Below, one piece after another: positions 25,232 through 37,560 of a DNA stretch of 64,000 nt. This stretch comes from Marsupella aquatica (taxonomy: Eukaryota; Plantae; Marchantiophyta): positions 27,905,145 to 27,969,144 of the forward strand of contig OZ316891.1 of the NCBI GenBank assembly GCA_973895155.1, given 5' to 3'. Under the pieces are notes generated by a model. It worked only from the letters and a program-made list of their open reading frames with translations. It had not been told where the DNA came from and did no database searches. A program made the translations under genes and the position numbers. Each line of letters starts with the position of its first letter. Within the stretch, counting starts at the first letter, position 1.

Positions 25232-26280
25232 CGCTTTTAGAGTTCCCAAGGGTCTATGGTGGGTTTTTATTGCATGGCACTCACCTTTCACTTGAAGCGG
25301 GATGAGGTTTTGGTTTTTATGCTAACAATTGAGGGAAATCCCATGTAATCATGATCCAGTGCAGGACCATCACTGCTTCCTCAACTTTTGTCTAATGCAT
25401 ATGCATTGTGGGAACCCGGACATCTAAAAGGTATATTTAAACATGTATGTTAGCAGGGTTTGATAAAGAGATTGTTCATAAACCTTGCCCTTCTTTGTTG
25501 TGCAAGAATATCTATATGCACATGTTTGGGGGTCTACAACTTGAGAGAAGCTAATGGCTATCCAAACTTACTTTTTTGTTTCCAGTATTTTCCTCGTGCT
25601 TCTAGATTCAGCTCATGTTCAATGAGCCACACGACCTACAGGCACTATTGAGTCTGGATCTCATTCAGGTAATTATTGTCCAACTTCATTCTGGGCTTAG
25701 GCCTTTAGAGTTTTCCCAGGGGTCTAGGGTGGGTTTTTATTGCATGACACTCACCTTTCACTCGAGGGGGGATAAGGGTTTAGGGTTTAGGGTTTTATGC
25801 TAACAATTGAGGGGAAAACCCATGTAATCATGATACAACGCAGGGCCAACACTACTACCTCAACTTTTGTCTAATGCATATGCATTGTGGGAACCCGGGC
25901 ATCTAAAAGGTATAACATCATGTATACAGTCAATGTTGTTAGTACAGATTTTTATGCTTGCCCTTCTTTGTTGTGCCATGATATATGTGGGTAAATGTCT
26001 AAGATTCCACAACTTGACGGCTGCTAATTACCATCCAAACTTACATTTTGTTTCCAGTATTTTCCTCCTACTTCTAGATTTGGCAAATGTTCCAAAAGCC
26101 ACGTGACCTATAGGCACTGTTGAGCCCGGGTCTCATTCAGGTAATAATCTAACCTCACTTAGGACATAGGGTATTACAATTTTCCGAAAGGTTATAATGT
26201 GGTTTCTTCTTGCATGACACTCACCTTAATTTGGGTTTCATGCTAACAAATATAAAAGGGTAATAAAACCCCATGTATAA
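25232..26280. repeat. Diverged ~470-480-bp tandem repeat, about 2.2 units
   Basis: gtgggtttttattgcatg.cactcacc recurs at ~25259, ~25729 and ~26199 with colinear downstream blocks (tctaatgcatatgcattgtgggaacccg, tttccagtattttcctc, tctcattcaggtaat). Confidence 0.8.
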
Positions 26281-26383
26281 ACCAACCTAATTGTTTTTTG
26301 AGTTCATTTTTTTAAAAATCGCTTTATATATGGCCTAATTTTTCCTAATCATGCCCTACATGCAATGTAATGTGGCAGTGGAT

Positions 26384-27555
26384 ATGTCCTCTTCCTCTGA
26401 ACTATCCAGTAGTGAGTACTCCTCCGATGACGATATACCCCCTCCTCCTCAGCCCGAGGTTACTGGTCCTCGTGGTCCACCCCGAAGACTTTGTGACTGC
26501 GCCAGATGTGTGGGCCAAATTTCTCAAAAATCTTATGTGTGTGCTCAACATATTGAGAGATATGGACGTCATAGAGGTCTTACTCCCGGGGCTTCTTCAT
26601 CCCATATGGTAAGTTTGTTTCAATTGATTGCCGTTCTTTACTGTTATTTTTAGAGGTGAATCAATGTTTACACATATGGTTTACACATTTGGTTGTTTGT
26701 GGGTGTTTGCATGGAATAGGGATCCAGTATGCGTAGATTGGTGACACCACCACCCTATGTCCCATCACAAGGAGTTTTAGATGCTATAGGCAATGCACTT
26801 TCACAAGCCTTGGGTTTGGGAATTAGTACCAGTCATGGGACAGAAGGGGAACACCCTCATGTGCCCACTAAGACACGAAGACCCCGGTCCAGGCCCCAAT
26901 CCAACAGGAGGCCACGAGCACCCAATGACCCATCCAGAACACTAGTTCAGGGTAGGTGGGGTGTTTGTTCATTCACTGGCAAGTGTGCCTCTATCATCAA
27001 GGATTGGGAACCTATCACTCTTGGCTTGCCTTATTTTACAGATTTTGATGAGGAGATTGTGGTTTGGGGTAGACGTTGGATTGTGAAAACTTCCACACTT
27101 GGAGAGAGACATGGATATGGAGTATTTGCTTGTGAGGATATTATCATGGATGAGGAGGCCAGGGTGGGTCAAGTGTTCGTGGTAGAGAGGGTCCTACTTT
27201 GTTCCCATACGGTGGACCCATCTACAAGAGAAGACATTGGAACATGATCCTTGCACAACATCCTGAGTGGAAAACATATGCTCTAGAGATGGATACTTTT
27301 GATGGTAGCACTAGAAGGTATAGTGAGCAGCGGGTGATAGATGGTGATCCCATACGTAATGGGAATATTGCTGGTTTCATAAATAGTACTGTGGGGACTC
27401 GGCCCAAGCGTAGGGCCAATTGTGAGTGGGTTTTTACTGATGGTCCAATGCCGGCACCATATGGCACGACATATCATAAGGACCATTGCTTAGTTCTTGC
27501 TACTAGGACCATTAGAGCAGGAGATGAGTTATTCACACACTATGAGTGGGATTAG
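26384..27555 (+). CDS. Zn-finger exon (26384-26608) spliced to a SET-domain exon (26720-27555); one frameshift near 27170
   Basis: Exon 1 has CDCARC...HIERYGRH (CACTA transposase-associated finger). SET motifs are VKTS...GYGVFACEDI, FPYGG, GNIAGFINS, NCEW and ATRTIRAGDELFTHY. Phase-0 GT-AG junction. Confidence 0.8.
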
Positions 27556-27766
27556 GAAATCATGTCCTTTATCCTCTTGCACCTATTTTGGACTTCCCAT
27601 TTACTATTATATATATGGCCTTTGGGCTCATTTTGGAGTAATAAGGTTTTAGCCCATGCATTTACTTTAATTCTTAATGTCTTGAATGAATGGTGTTAAG
27701 TCTATTTTAATTTGTTGTACTTGGTCAAATATACATGAGGAGGTTTTTTGGTTGTAATGTGCATAG

Positions 27767-30700
27767 AATGCGCAACCATCTCAACAAATGTTACCACGAA
27801 GGTTGAGAGCAACATATCGGGAGATGGGTATGCCAGAAGAGGGAGAACCATCAGAGGGTGATTCCTCATCAAGTAATGATGTAGGTGGTGCTGATGAGGA
27901 AGCCGCACCTCGGACTGATGACCAGGTCATGCATGATCAAGATAGAGCCATGGATGACTTCATGGTTGATTGGTTTGGTGCCGATGTTGAGGATGATGTG
28001 CCTCACATTGGTCATGAGGTTGGCCCTTCAAATGACCCACGGCCACAACATACTCCAGAGGGACAACAACAATGGAAAGAGGCAGAGGAACATGCTCGAA
28101 CACCTATTTTTGAGGGTGCTCGGTTGAGCCGTCTTTCTGCCATATTGGGGCTCTTGAACATTCAAGCCAAACACAAGACAAGCAATTCTATGTTATCAGA
28201 CATATTTGAATATTGTCATGACTTGATGTTACCCTCGGAGAATGTGTTGCCAGGGACCTGGAAGGATGCAAAGAAGGTTCTCTCATCCATTGGTATGGAT
28301 TACCATATTATTCATGCCTGTGTGAATGATTGCATGTTATTTCACGGGGATACAGCCCATATCACAGAATGCACAGTGTGTCATGAGCCACGGTATGAGC
28401 CAAACATGCTAACCCAGAAGGTACCAAGGAAAGCAGTTCGTTGGTTCCCCATAATTCCTCGCTTGTTGCACATGTATAGATGTTCTGACTTGGCCGAGTT
28501 GATGGTATGGCACAAGAAACATCGTTCGGAGCCCGGTGTCATGCAATTACCAGTTGACTCCCCTACTCATAAACATGTGGAATCAACATGGCCAGATTTT
28601 GAGCGTGACCCTCGGCATGTGCGACTGGGGTTGGCATCAGATGGAGTTAGCCCTCATTCACTTGGAGGGAAGGGGAGACCTACATCGGTCTGGCCTGTGG
28701 TTCTCATGAATTACAACCTTCCACCATGGTTGTCCATGAAAAAAGGTTTTTTGTTGCTATCTTTGATTATCCCAGGGCCAAAGAAGGTGAAGAATATGGA
28801 CACCTATTTGACATTACTGGTTCAGGAACTCCAGAAATTATGGGAAGGAGTATGGGCATATGATGGTCGAAAGACTACAGGGGGTACCCCACGGGTTTTC
28901 AAACTCAAAGGGGTTTGTATGTGGACCATGCATGACTACCCAGGTAAGAACTTTGTTGTTTAAATGCATCATATTCTAATGCATGGTATCCCCTCATTTC
29001 CATGTGCTAGTCCTAACATAATGTGTGTTTATATGACCAGGATTTGGCTTTGTGAGTGGGTTGCAAACCCAAGGCTACAAGGCTTGCTCCACTTGTGGCC
29101 CAAGCCTTGGTGATGTAGCCAAGTATTCATCACATCTTCGCAAGATTGTTTATCTTGGGCATACAAAGTTTCTTCCAATGGGACATCAGATGAGGCGTGA
29201 CCCACTACTATTTTCCTCTATTGATATGCCCTTTGGTGACGAGCGTGATGTACCTGAGCCAACAACTTTTACACACTGGAAAGACATGGCTGCAAGAGTG
29301 GTAGACCCAGAGGATCCCATGCAATTTGACGGTAGTGGCTTGACAAGGTGGAGTATATTAACCACTTTGCCCTATTGGGGTGAGTTGAAGATCCGCCATC
29401 TATTAGACCCCATGCACATTGAGGGAAATGTGGGAAAGGCTTTGATAAAGGCTTTCTATGGAGAGAAAGACACTAACTTCAGGGAGGCTTGTGAGGATCT
29501 TGAGATGCATCCAGACGTGTGGGTCATAAGTGATCCTATCACAGGGATCGAGCATCGACCTTCAGCTCCATGGGTGCTTCCTATTGGCCAGAGAAGGGAG
29601 TTTCAGAATCGCATAGGAGACATGCGGTTTCCTACTGGTTATGGTGCCAATCTCCGAAAGGCCTTTGGGATGGAGGACAATCATAAGTGGCCAAGGTATC
29701 TCAAGACACATGACTACCATAGGTTATTGCAGCACATATTGCTTGTGGCCATAATAGGTTTGGCAAGTGAAGAAGTGCAAGATGCCCTTTGGTCATTGGG
29801 AAAACTATTGAGATGGGTATGCTCTAAGGAGATATATACTGATGAGATCCCTGGGATGGACGTTTTGGCAGCAGAGGTGGTATGCAAGTTGGAGAAGGCC
29901 CTTCCTCCTTCCTTTTTTGACTGTCAAGTGCATTTACTTGTTCATCTTGTTCATGAGGTGGCCATTGCAGGTCCTGTGCATTGTCGGTGGATGTATTGGC
30001 TAGAACGATACATGGCAGTGTTAAAAGGTTATGTACGTAACCGTGCACGGGTTGAGGGAAGCATGGCTACAGGATACTTAGCAGCTGAGAGTATGTTCTA
30101 TTGTAGTAACATATTGGCCACAATTGATTGTACCTCTCCCCGTACTTGGGTAGAGGAGAGGGAAGATGAAGAGGATCGTTTAACAAGTGCTAGGAAAACT
30201 CGCATGTTGACACCAGTGGAGGTGAAACAACTGACCACATTCATGTTGAGTAACAACACTATCATGGAAGAATGGAGGGATTTCTATGAGGATGCCAAAA
30301 GTAACAGCACAAGACCAAGGATTTTTCCAAAGTACCTTGACTATATGAAGGAGAAGTTAGTTGAGGTGGATGACATGGTGGTCAGGGGAGAGAGTGTATT
30401 ACATTTTCCGGCTATCACAAATGCTCGGGGGTTTCACTTCCACAAAAATGGCATATCACGTGTGACGAAGGATAGGGTCATTTTATTGGTTCTAAGGGAA
30501 GACTTAAGAATTTTTGTAGAAGAACAATAGAGTCTTTTAAATTCAATTTTGAGACTTATAAGAACATTAGGGTCCTTTTAATCCAATTTTTAGAATATTC
30601 CAAGAATATTCCAACTTTATAGGGGTTAAAAAATAAAAAAAATTTCTTACATTTTAGGGGGTCCGAGGCCTAAAAACGTCGCAGGCAATGGGGAGGTCCC

Positions 30701-31465
30701 CATATAGTGAGACCCCTGAGCACAAATGATGTTCATACCATTGTTCATGGTCCCTTGAGAGTGGTTACAACAAGGACAGCAATGTGGACACAAGGAAGAC
30801 ATTTCAGGTGATCTCCATCTACCTTAGTAACCTTTGATTTGAATCACTTGGTTTAATTTAATTCATTTGTAATACAAGCACGTATATTGAAGAGGCAGAT
30901 TCTTGGTGTGTTCAATTAATTGGAATATGTTTGTGTCTATTTTTGTGTAACATATCCTTATGGTTTGATGGATTTTAGGATTTCTTCCCTTGATGAGAAG
31001 AGGGGTCGTACCTTTGATTGTGGAGTTCAAGGACAATTCTCTCAAGATTCCCGCAGCAGTCGCCATGACACAAATATTATTCGAGATGTTGTGCCACATT
31101 ATGGAAAGGTAGAAGAGATTCTAGTGATATCTTATGATGCACAATCAAAGTTTGAAGAGTATGTCTTCAAGTGCAAGTGGTTCAAAGTGAACCTTGTAGG
31201 TAACAATCCTACTGTGGTTCAAGATGAGTGTGGATTTACACGACTGAAGACGTCTGCCACTAGTTTCCAGCCATCTCATTGGCAAACATCAGAGCCGTTC
31301 ACTTTTCCAAGTCATGTGGAACAATGTTTCTATATTCCATACCCCCCAAACCCAGAGGAATGGTCACTTGTCATCACATATGTGCCACGGTCTCGATCAA
31401 TCGTTGGGGAAAAGCCTGATATTCTGGTTGTGTCCCAACCTGAAGATGATGAGGACCAAGTTTGA
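27767..31465 (+). pseudogene. tnpD: CACTA-2 transposase (exons ~27767-28943, 29041-30807 split by the MITE, 30979-31465), probably preceded by exon 26384-26608
   Basis: RHVRLGLASDGVSP, WPVVLMNYNLPPW, WTMHDYPG, LDPMHIEGN, LKTHDYH, FFDCQVHLLVHL, RWMYWLER and DUF4216-like FKCKWF...DECGFT...EPF.FPS.VEQCFY. Removing the MITE restores FPAITNDVHTIVHGP. Confidence 0.9.
30424..30720. mobile_element. 297-bp MITE with 15-bp imperfect TIRs and an 8-bp TSD
   Basis: TIRs CTCGGGGGTTTCACT and AGTGAGACCCCTGAG (13/15 match). TSD CACAAATG at 30416-30423 and 30721-30728. Confidence 0.9.
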
Positions 31466-32391
31466 GGGGTCTGTGTTTGTGGATATATAGCTACACGGAT
31501 ATATAGTTAGATTTGATGATATGAAGATTTCTCTTCTCGGTAGAATGGAGAAATATGTGCTTCTCAATTATCAATAAACTTATGTTTTGTAAGTATATCA
31601 TTTTCAAATGTTGTTTTCTATATCTCCCATCCCTACCCCACACTCACCACACCTTTTGGTAGACTTTATGCAAAGAAAACTCATGTTGCTTGTAGTCCTC
31701 TATCCTCCATGCTTTCCTAATCCCCCCCTAGCTGTTCTCCTTATTACTTGTACCCACCTCCCTCCTCCTTTCTTTCATTGTCTGTCCCTCTTATTAAACC
31801 CTCCTTCCTCCTTCCTCTCCTTGTCCCAACCCCTGGCTTTCTATTTCAACCCTATACTTTCCTTACTTTCCACCCCTGTCCCCCACTCTTACCTATACAA
31901 CCTAGCTTCTCTCCTCCCTCCTAAACCTATACCCTTAAACCTCACTAGTAGAAAATGGGGCCTTTTATGACTATGACACATATGACTTATGTGCTCAAAT
32001 GACAAAATGTGTAAATGACATAACATAAATGACATTGAAATGACTGTCCAAAATGACGGGGTGCAAAAAATGACTAATACTTGCAATAGTGTCATTTAAA
32101 CCAATGAGCCAAATGACTTTGACTGCTATAATGACAACAATCATGAGTTGTAGTCATTTTGGACAGTCTTTGTGAATGACACAATTAACAAAAACTCTGT
32201 CATATCAGTGTTTCACATATGGGAAGTCATTTCAGACGACGGTGACTAATGACTAATAAATCAAATATGCAAATATCAGTGTTTAAAAATGTTAGTAGTC
32301 ATTCAAACCAAAAGTTATAAATGACATGATAAACAACATATGACTATTTTGAGGTTTATGGTTTAGTATATGTTTAGGGTTTAGGGTATGA

Positions 32392-35286
32392 TTAGCCGGC
32401 CATTAGGGATGCTACCCACTCCACATGGTGCGGGATGGGGTACTTGTACACCCTGAGCCACTAGTTATGCCACTTGGCCTCCACAACACATTTTAAAACA
32501 CACATTTTGCATCATGGAAGGGCATCACCCAACTTTGGGCAAAACACTCCCAACTTGTATGACTTTGGAGTCATTTGCCCAAAGGGGTGCAAACCATTCT
32601 AATTTGGTCATTTGCAAGGGATCTTGAGTCATTTGTGCAGTTGACTAAAAGTTTTTGTCATTTGTGGAGTGCCGAGGGGTGTCATTTAAGCAAATGACAC
32701 AAAAATAAGTCATTGATGATGTCAATGCGGCAGTCAAGCATGCCATGGACAATATGACTCCTTGGCATCGTTGGGGGCTTATTCGCAATATACGTGATCG
32801 TAGCCGGCCATTAGGGATGCTACCCACTCCACATGGTGCGGGATGGGGTACTTGTACACCCTGAGCCACTAGTTGTGCCACTTGGCCTCCACAACACTTT
32901 TTAAAATACACATTTTGCATCATGGAATGACATCACCCAACTTTGGGCAAAACACTCCCAAGTTGTATGACTTTGGAGTCATTTGCCCAAAGGGGTGCAA
33001 ATCATTCTAATTTGGTCATTTGCAAGGGATCTTGAGTCATTTGTGCGTGTGACTAAAGGTTTTTGTCATTTGTGGAGTGCCGAGGGGTGTCATTTAAGCA
33101 AATGAAACAAAAATAAGTCATTGATGATGTCAATGCGGCAGTCAAGCATGCCATGGACAATATGACTCCTTGGGGTCGTTGGGGGCTTATTCGCAATATC
33201 TGTGATTGCAGCTGGCCATTAGGGATGCTACCCACTCCACATGGTGCGGGATGGGGTACTTGTACACCCTGAGCCACTAGTTGTGCCACTTGGCCTCCAC
33301 AACACTTTTTAAAATACACATTTTGCATCATGGAATGGCATCACCCAACTTTGGGCAAAACACTCCCAAGTTGTATGACTTTGGAGTCATTTGCCCAAAG
33401 GGGTGCAAATCATTCTAATTTGGTCATTTGCAAGGGATCTTGAGTCATTTGTGCGTGTGACTAAAGGTTTTTGTCATTTGTGGAGTGCCGAGGGGTGTCA
33501 TTTAAGCAAATGACACAAAAATAAGTCATTGATGATGTCAATGCGGCAGTCAAGCATGCCATGGACAATATGACTCCTTGGGGTCGTTGGGGGCTTATTC
33601 GCAATATCTGTGATTGCAGCTGGCCATTAGGGATGCTACCCACTCCACATGGTGCGGGATGGGGTACTCGGCAACCCTTGGCCACTAGTTATTCCACTTG
33701 GCCTCCACAACACTTTTTAACACACACATTTTGCATCTTGGCAGGGCATCACCCAACTTTGGGCAAAACACTCCCAAGTTGTATGACTTTAGGGTCATTT
33801 GCCCAAAGGGGTGCAAACCACTCGCATTTTGTCATTTGCAAGGGATATAGAGTCATTTGTGCGCTTGACTAAAGGGTTGTGTCATTTGTGGAGTGCGAGG
33901 GGATGTCATATGAGCAAATGACACAACTAGGGGTCATTCATGATGTCAATAGTGCAGTCCTGCATACCAGGGACAATATGACTGCTTGGGGCCTCGGGGG
34001 GCTGATTGGCCATATTGGTGCTGTTAGCCGGCCATCAGGGACGCTACCCACTCCACATGGTGCGGGATAGGGTACTCGGCAACCCTTGGCCACTAGTTAT
34101 TCCACTTGGCCTCCACAACACTTTTTAACACACACATTTTGCATCTTGGCAGGGCATCACCCAACTTTGGGCAAAACACTCCCAAGTTGTATGACTTTAG
34201 GGTCATTTGCCCAAAGGGGTGCAAACCACTCGCATTTTGTCATTTGCAAGGGATATAGAGTCATTTGTGCGCTTGACTAAAGGGTTGTGTCATTTGTGGA
34301 GTGCGAGGGGATGTCATATGAGCAAATGACACAACTAGGGGTCATTCATGATGTCAATAGTGCAGTCCTGCATACCAGGGACAATATGACTGCTTGGGGC
34401 CTCGGGGGGCTGATTGGCCATATTGGTGCTGTTAGCCGGCCATCAGGGACGCTACCCACTCCACATGGTGCGGGATAGGGTACTCGGCAACCCTTGGCCA
34501 CTAGTTATTCCACTTGGCCTCCACAACACTTTTTAACACACACATTTTGCATCTTGGCAGGGCATCACCCAACTTTGGGCAAAACACTCCCAAGTTGTAT
34601 GACTTTAGGGTCATTTGCCCAAAGGGGTGCAAACCACTCGCATTTTGTCATTTGCAAGGGATATAGAGTCATTTGTGCGCTTGACTAAAGGGTTGTGTCA
34701 TTTGTGGAGTGCGAGGGGATGTCATATGAGCAAATGACACAACTAGGGGTCATTCATGATGTCAATAGTGCAGTCCTGCATACCAGGGACAATATGACTG
34801 CTTGGGGCCTCGGGGGGCTGATTGGCCATATTGGTGCTGTTAGCCGGCCATCAGGGACGCTACCCACTCCACATGGTGCGGGATAGGGTACTCGGCAACC
34901 CTTGGCCACTAGTTATTCCACTTGGCCTCCACAACACTTTTTAACACACACATTTTGCATCTTGGCAGGGCATCACCCAACTTTGGGCAAAACACTCCCA
35001 AGTTGTATGACTTTAGGGTCATTTGCCCAAAGGGGTGCAAACCACTCGCATTTTGTCATTTGCAAGGGATATAGAGTCATTTGTGCGCTTGACTAAAGGG
35101 TTGTGTCATTTGTGGAGTGCGAGGGCATGTCATATGAGCAAATGACACAACTAGGGGTCATTCATGATGTCAATAGTGCAGTCCTGCATACCAGGGACAA
35201 TATGACTTCTTGGGGCCTTGGGGGGCTGATTGGCCATATTGGTGCTGTTAACGGACCATTAGGGATGGTACCCACTCCACATGGTA
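32392..35286. repeat. 408-bp tandem array, about 7 units, two sequence subtypes
   Basis: The anchor gctacccactccacatggtgcggga recurs every 408 bp (ORF track offsets 32645/33053/33461 and 33879/34287/34695/35103). The later units are near-identical. Confidence 0.95.
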
Positions 35287-36140
35287 TTTTGAAGTCATTT
35301 CTAAATTGTTGTGTCATTTATAAGCTCGTGAGTGAACTTTCTGGTCATTTGTGTAGTGTCGTGAGATGTCATATTTGCAATTGACTATAGTACAAGTCAT
35401 TCCATGTGTCAATGGCAGTGTCATTTAATCCTTCTAAGGCAACATGTCCGGTGAGGGCCCCAAGTGTTGCAAGTTTACCCCTATTTGTTGATTTGCCAAA
35501 AAATTAGGGTCATATGTGGCCATGACTAAATTGGATGGGATTAGTCATCTAATATGTCATTGTCTAAGTATGACAACATCCACCAAATTCTATTTTACCA
35601 ATGTAGAGACGGTTCTCTCAGGGGATTTGGAGACATGCTTTTGGGGGGATTTTACATGTATATTAAAGCGACTATGAGGGGAGGGATGTTACCATGGCCT
35701 CCTTTTACTTTAAGGGGTTTCATGGGTCCCCCTTCATCACCACCACCACCACTTCCCTCTCCCCGATTTGGCATTTGTTTCCCGTTCCCATTCCTGTTGG
35801 ACGTTGCATCTCCACCGTCCACATGTCATCCCCTCATGCCCTGGCACTGTCTTCCTTTAGTCGCGGGAACCTTGTGAAGCACCTAACTCACATTGGACTC
35901 CGTTTTGTGAAGAACATTGGCAGAGCATCTTGAATGTCGAGGGTTTCTGGCATTTGCGCGTAGTCTTAAATGAAGGGTTTATCGTTGCAAGGCAGAGTCG
36001 TGTGCAGAGTTCCACTTACCACATTCTCACAAGCAACGTCTTTCACAAGTGCGGGATTGTATTGGGGACTTTAGTTGCAACCTCTAGGCTGCATCATAGG
36101 GTGAACAAGTGCGAAGGAGTTTCAGGGTTCTCAGCGGCTG

Positions 36141-37560
36141 TCCTGCCATCACATTTTGTCTCCTATTGCGCCTATGCATTGTGCTTTTTGGCAAAGGACC
36201 CTCGTTTGGCCTGGGTTTTCTTCGGGCATTTTCCTCCAACGCCCGTCATTTGTTAACATAGTCGACGACATGTGTATGGAGTCTGCCTGATCCGGGCCTT
36301 GCCTTCTCGCAACTGTCGTTAAATCTCTACGTTGCGTTCCTTTTGCTCTACTGCATCCTGCCTTTGTGTTCCCTCTGCTTTCGGCTCTGCATTTTGGTTA
36401 GTCGATCGAGGTTTAGGCGACCTTGGTTTTGGGCTGTACTCATCGGGAGGCACGCAAGCTTGCTATAGAGGAGCTGCGCCGAGGCCGGAAGGCTTCTCCT
36501 TTTGCCATATAGTTTGCTTCTTGGTGGCCTTCAGTTTAGTCCTGCTTGGTGGCCTTCAGCTTAGTCCTGCTTGGTGGCCGAGACTACATTGTCCTGCGAG
36601 TGGCCAAGCTCTACTACAAGTGAGTTGCAATCAGGGACCTGCTAGCAGCTGCCTGCAAGGAAGGGGCGACCCGCTGCTGCAAGGGAGGGGTGTGAACGGA
36701 GCGGCTACCTACTGCTTCGGGGATTGGGCTAAGTGCGGCTGCAACTAGGTATTTTGTCCATGCTATATAAATCCTACTGCTTGCAATGTGTGTTGTAATC
36801 TGTTCTTCCTGTGATTCAATTTGTTGCTAATATTCTATGTAGAGCTCTCCTGCCATCACATTTTGTCTCCTATTGCACCTATGCATTGTGCTTTTTGGCA
36901 AAGGACCCTTGTTTGGCCTGGGTTTTCTTCGGGCATTTTCCTCCAACGCCCGTCATTTGTTAACATAGTCGACGACATGTGTATGGAGTCTGCCTGATCC
37001 GGGCCTTGCCTTCTCGCAACTGTCGTTAAATCTCTACGTTGCATTCCTTTCGCTCTACTGCATCCTGCCTTTGTGTTCCCTCCGCTTTCAGCTCTGCATT
37101 TTGGTTAGTCAATTGAGGTTTAGGCGACCTTGGTTTTGGGCTTTACTCATCGGGAGGCGCGCAAGCTTGCTACAGAGGCCGGAGCTGCGCCGAGGCCGGA
37201 AGGCTTCTCCTTTTGCCATATAGTTTGCTTCTTGGTGGCCTTCAGTTTAGTCCTGCTTGGTGGCCTTCAGCTTAGTCCTGCTTGGTGGCCGAGACTACAT
37301 TGTCCTGCGAGTGGCCGAGCTCTACTACAAGTGAGTTGCAATCAGGGACCTGCTAGCAGCTGCTTGCAAGGAAGGGGCGACCCGCTGCTGCAAGGGAGGG
37401 GTGTGAACGGAGCGGCTACCTACTGCTTCGGGGATTGGGCTAAGTGCGGCTGCAACTAGGTATTTTGTCCATGCTATATAAATCCTACTGCTTGCAATGT
37501 GTGTTGTAATCTGTTCTTCCTATGATTCAATTTGTTGCTAATATTCTATGTAGAGCTCTC
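36141..37560. repeat. Near-identical ~710-bp tandem duplication
   Basis: tcctgccatcacattttgtctcc...ttctatgtagagctctc at ~36141-36849 and ~36848-37560. Confidence 0.93.

Noticed and set aside
25778-25795. TTTAGGG telomere-like units (also ~32373 and ~46830)
   Set aside because: Only 2-3 units each; short telo-box-like tracts are common in plant TEs and are not an interstitial telomere array.
32392-35384. Repeated short ORFs and a CRISPR-like periodicity in the 408-bp array
   Set aside because: The ORFs recur only because the unit repeats. There are no unique spacers, no short direct repeats and no cas genes, and the context is eukaryotic.
36332-37459. ORFs of 138 and 109 aa in the 710-bp duplication
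   Set aside because: No recognisable domain, non-ATG starts, and an indel between the copies changes the frame.
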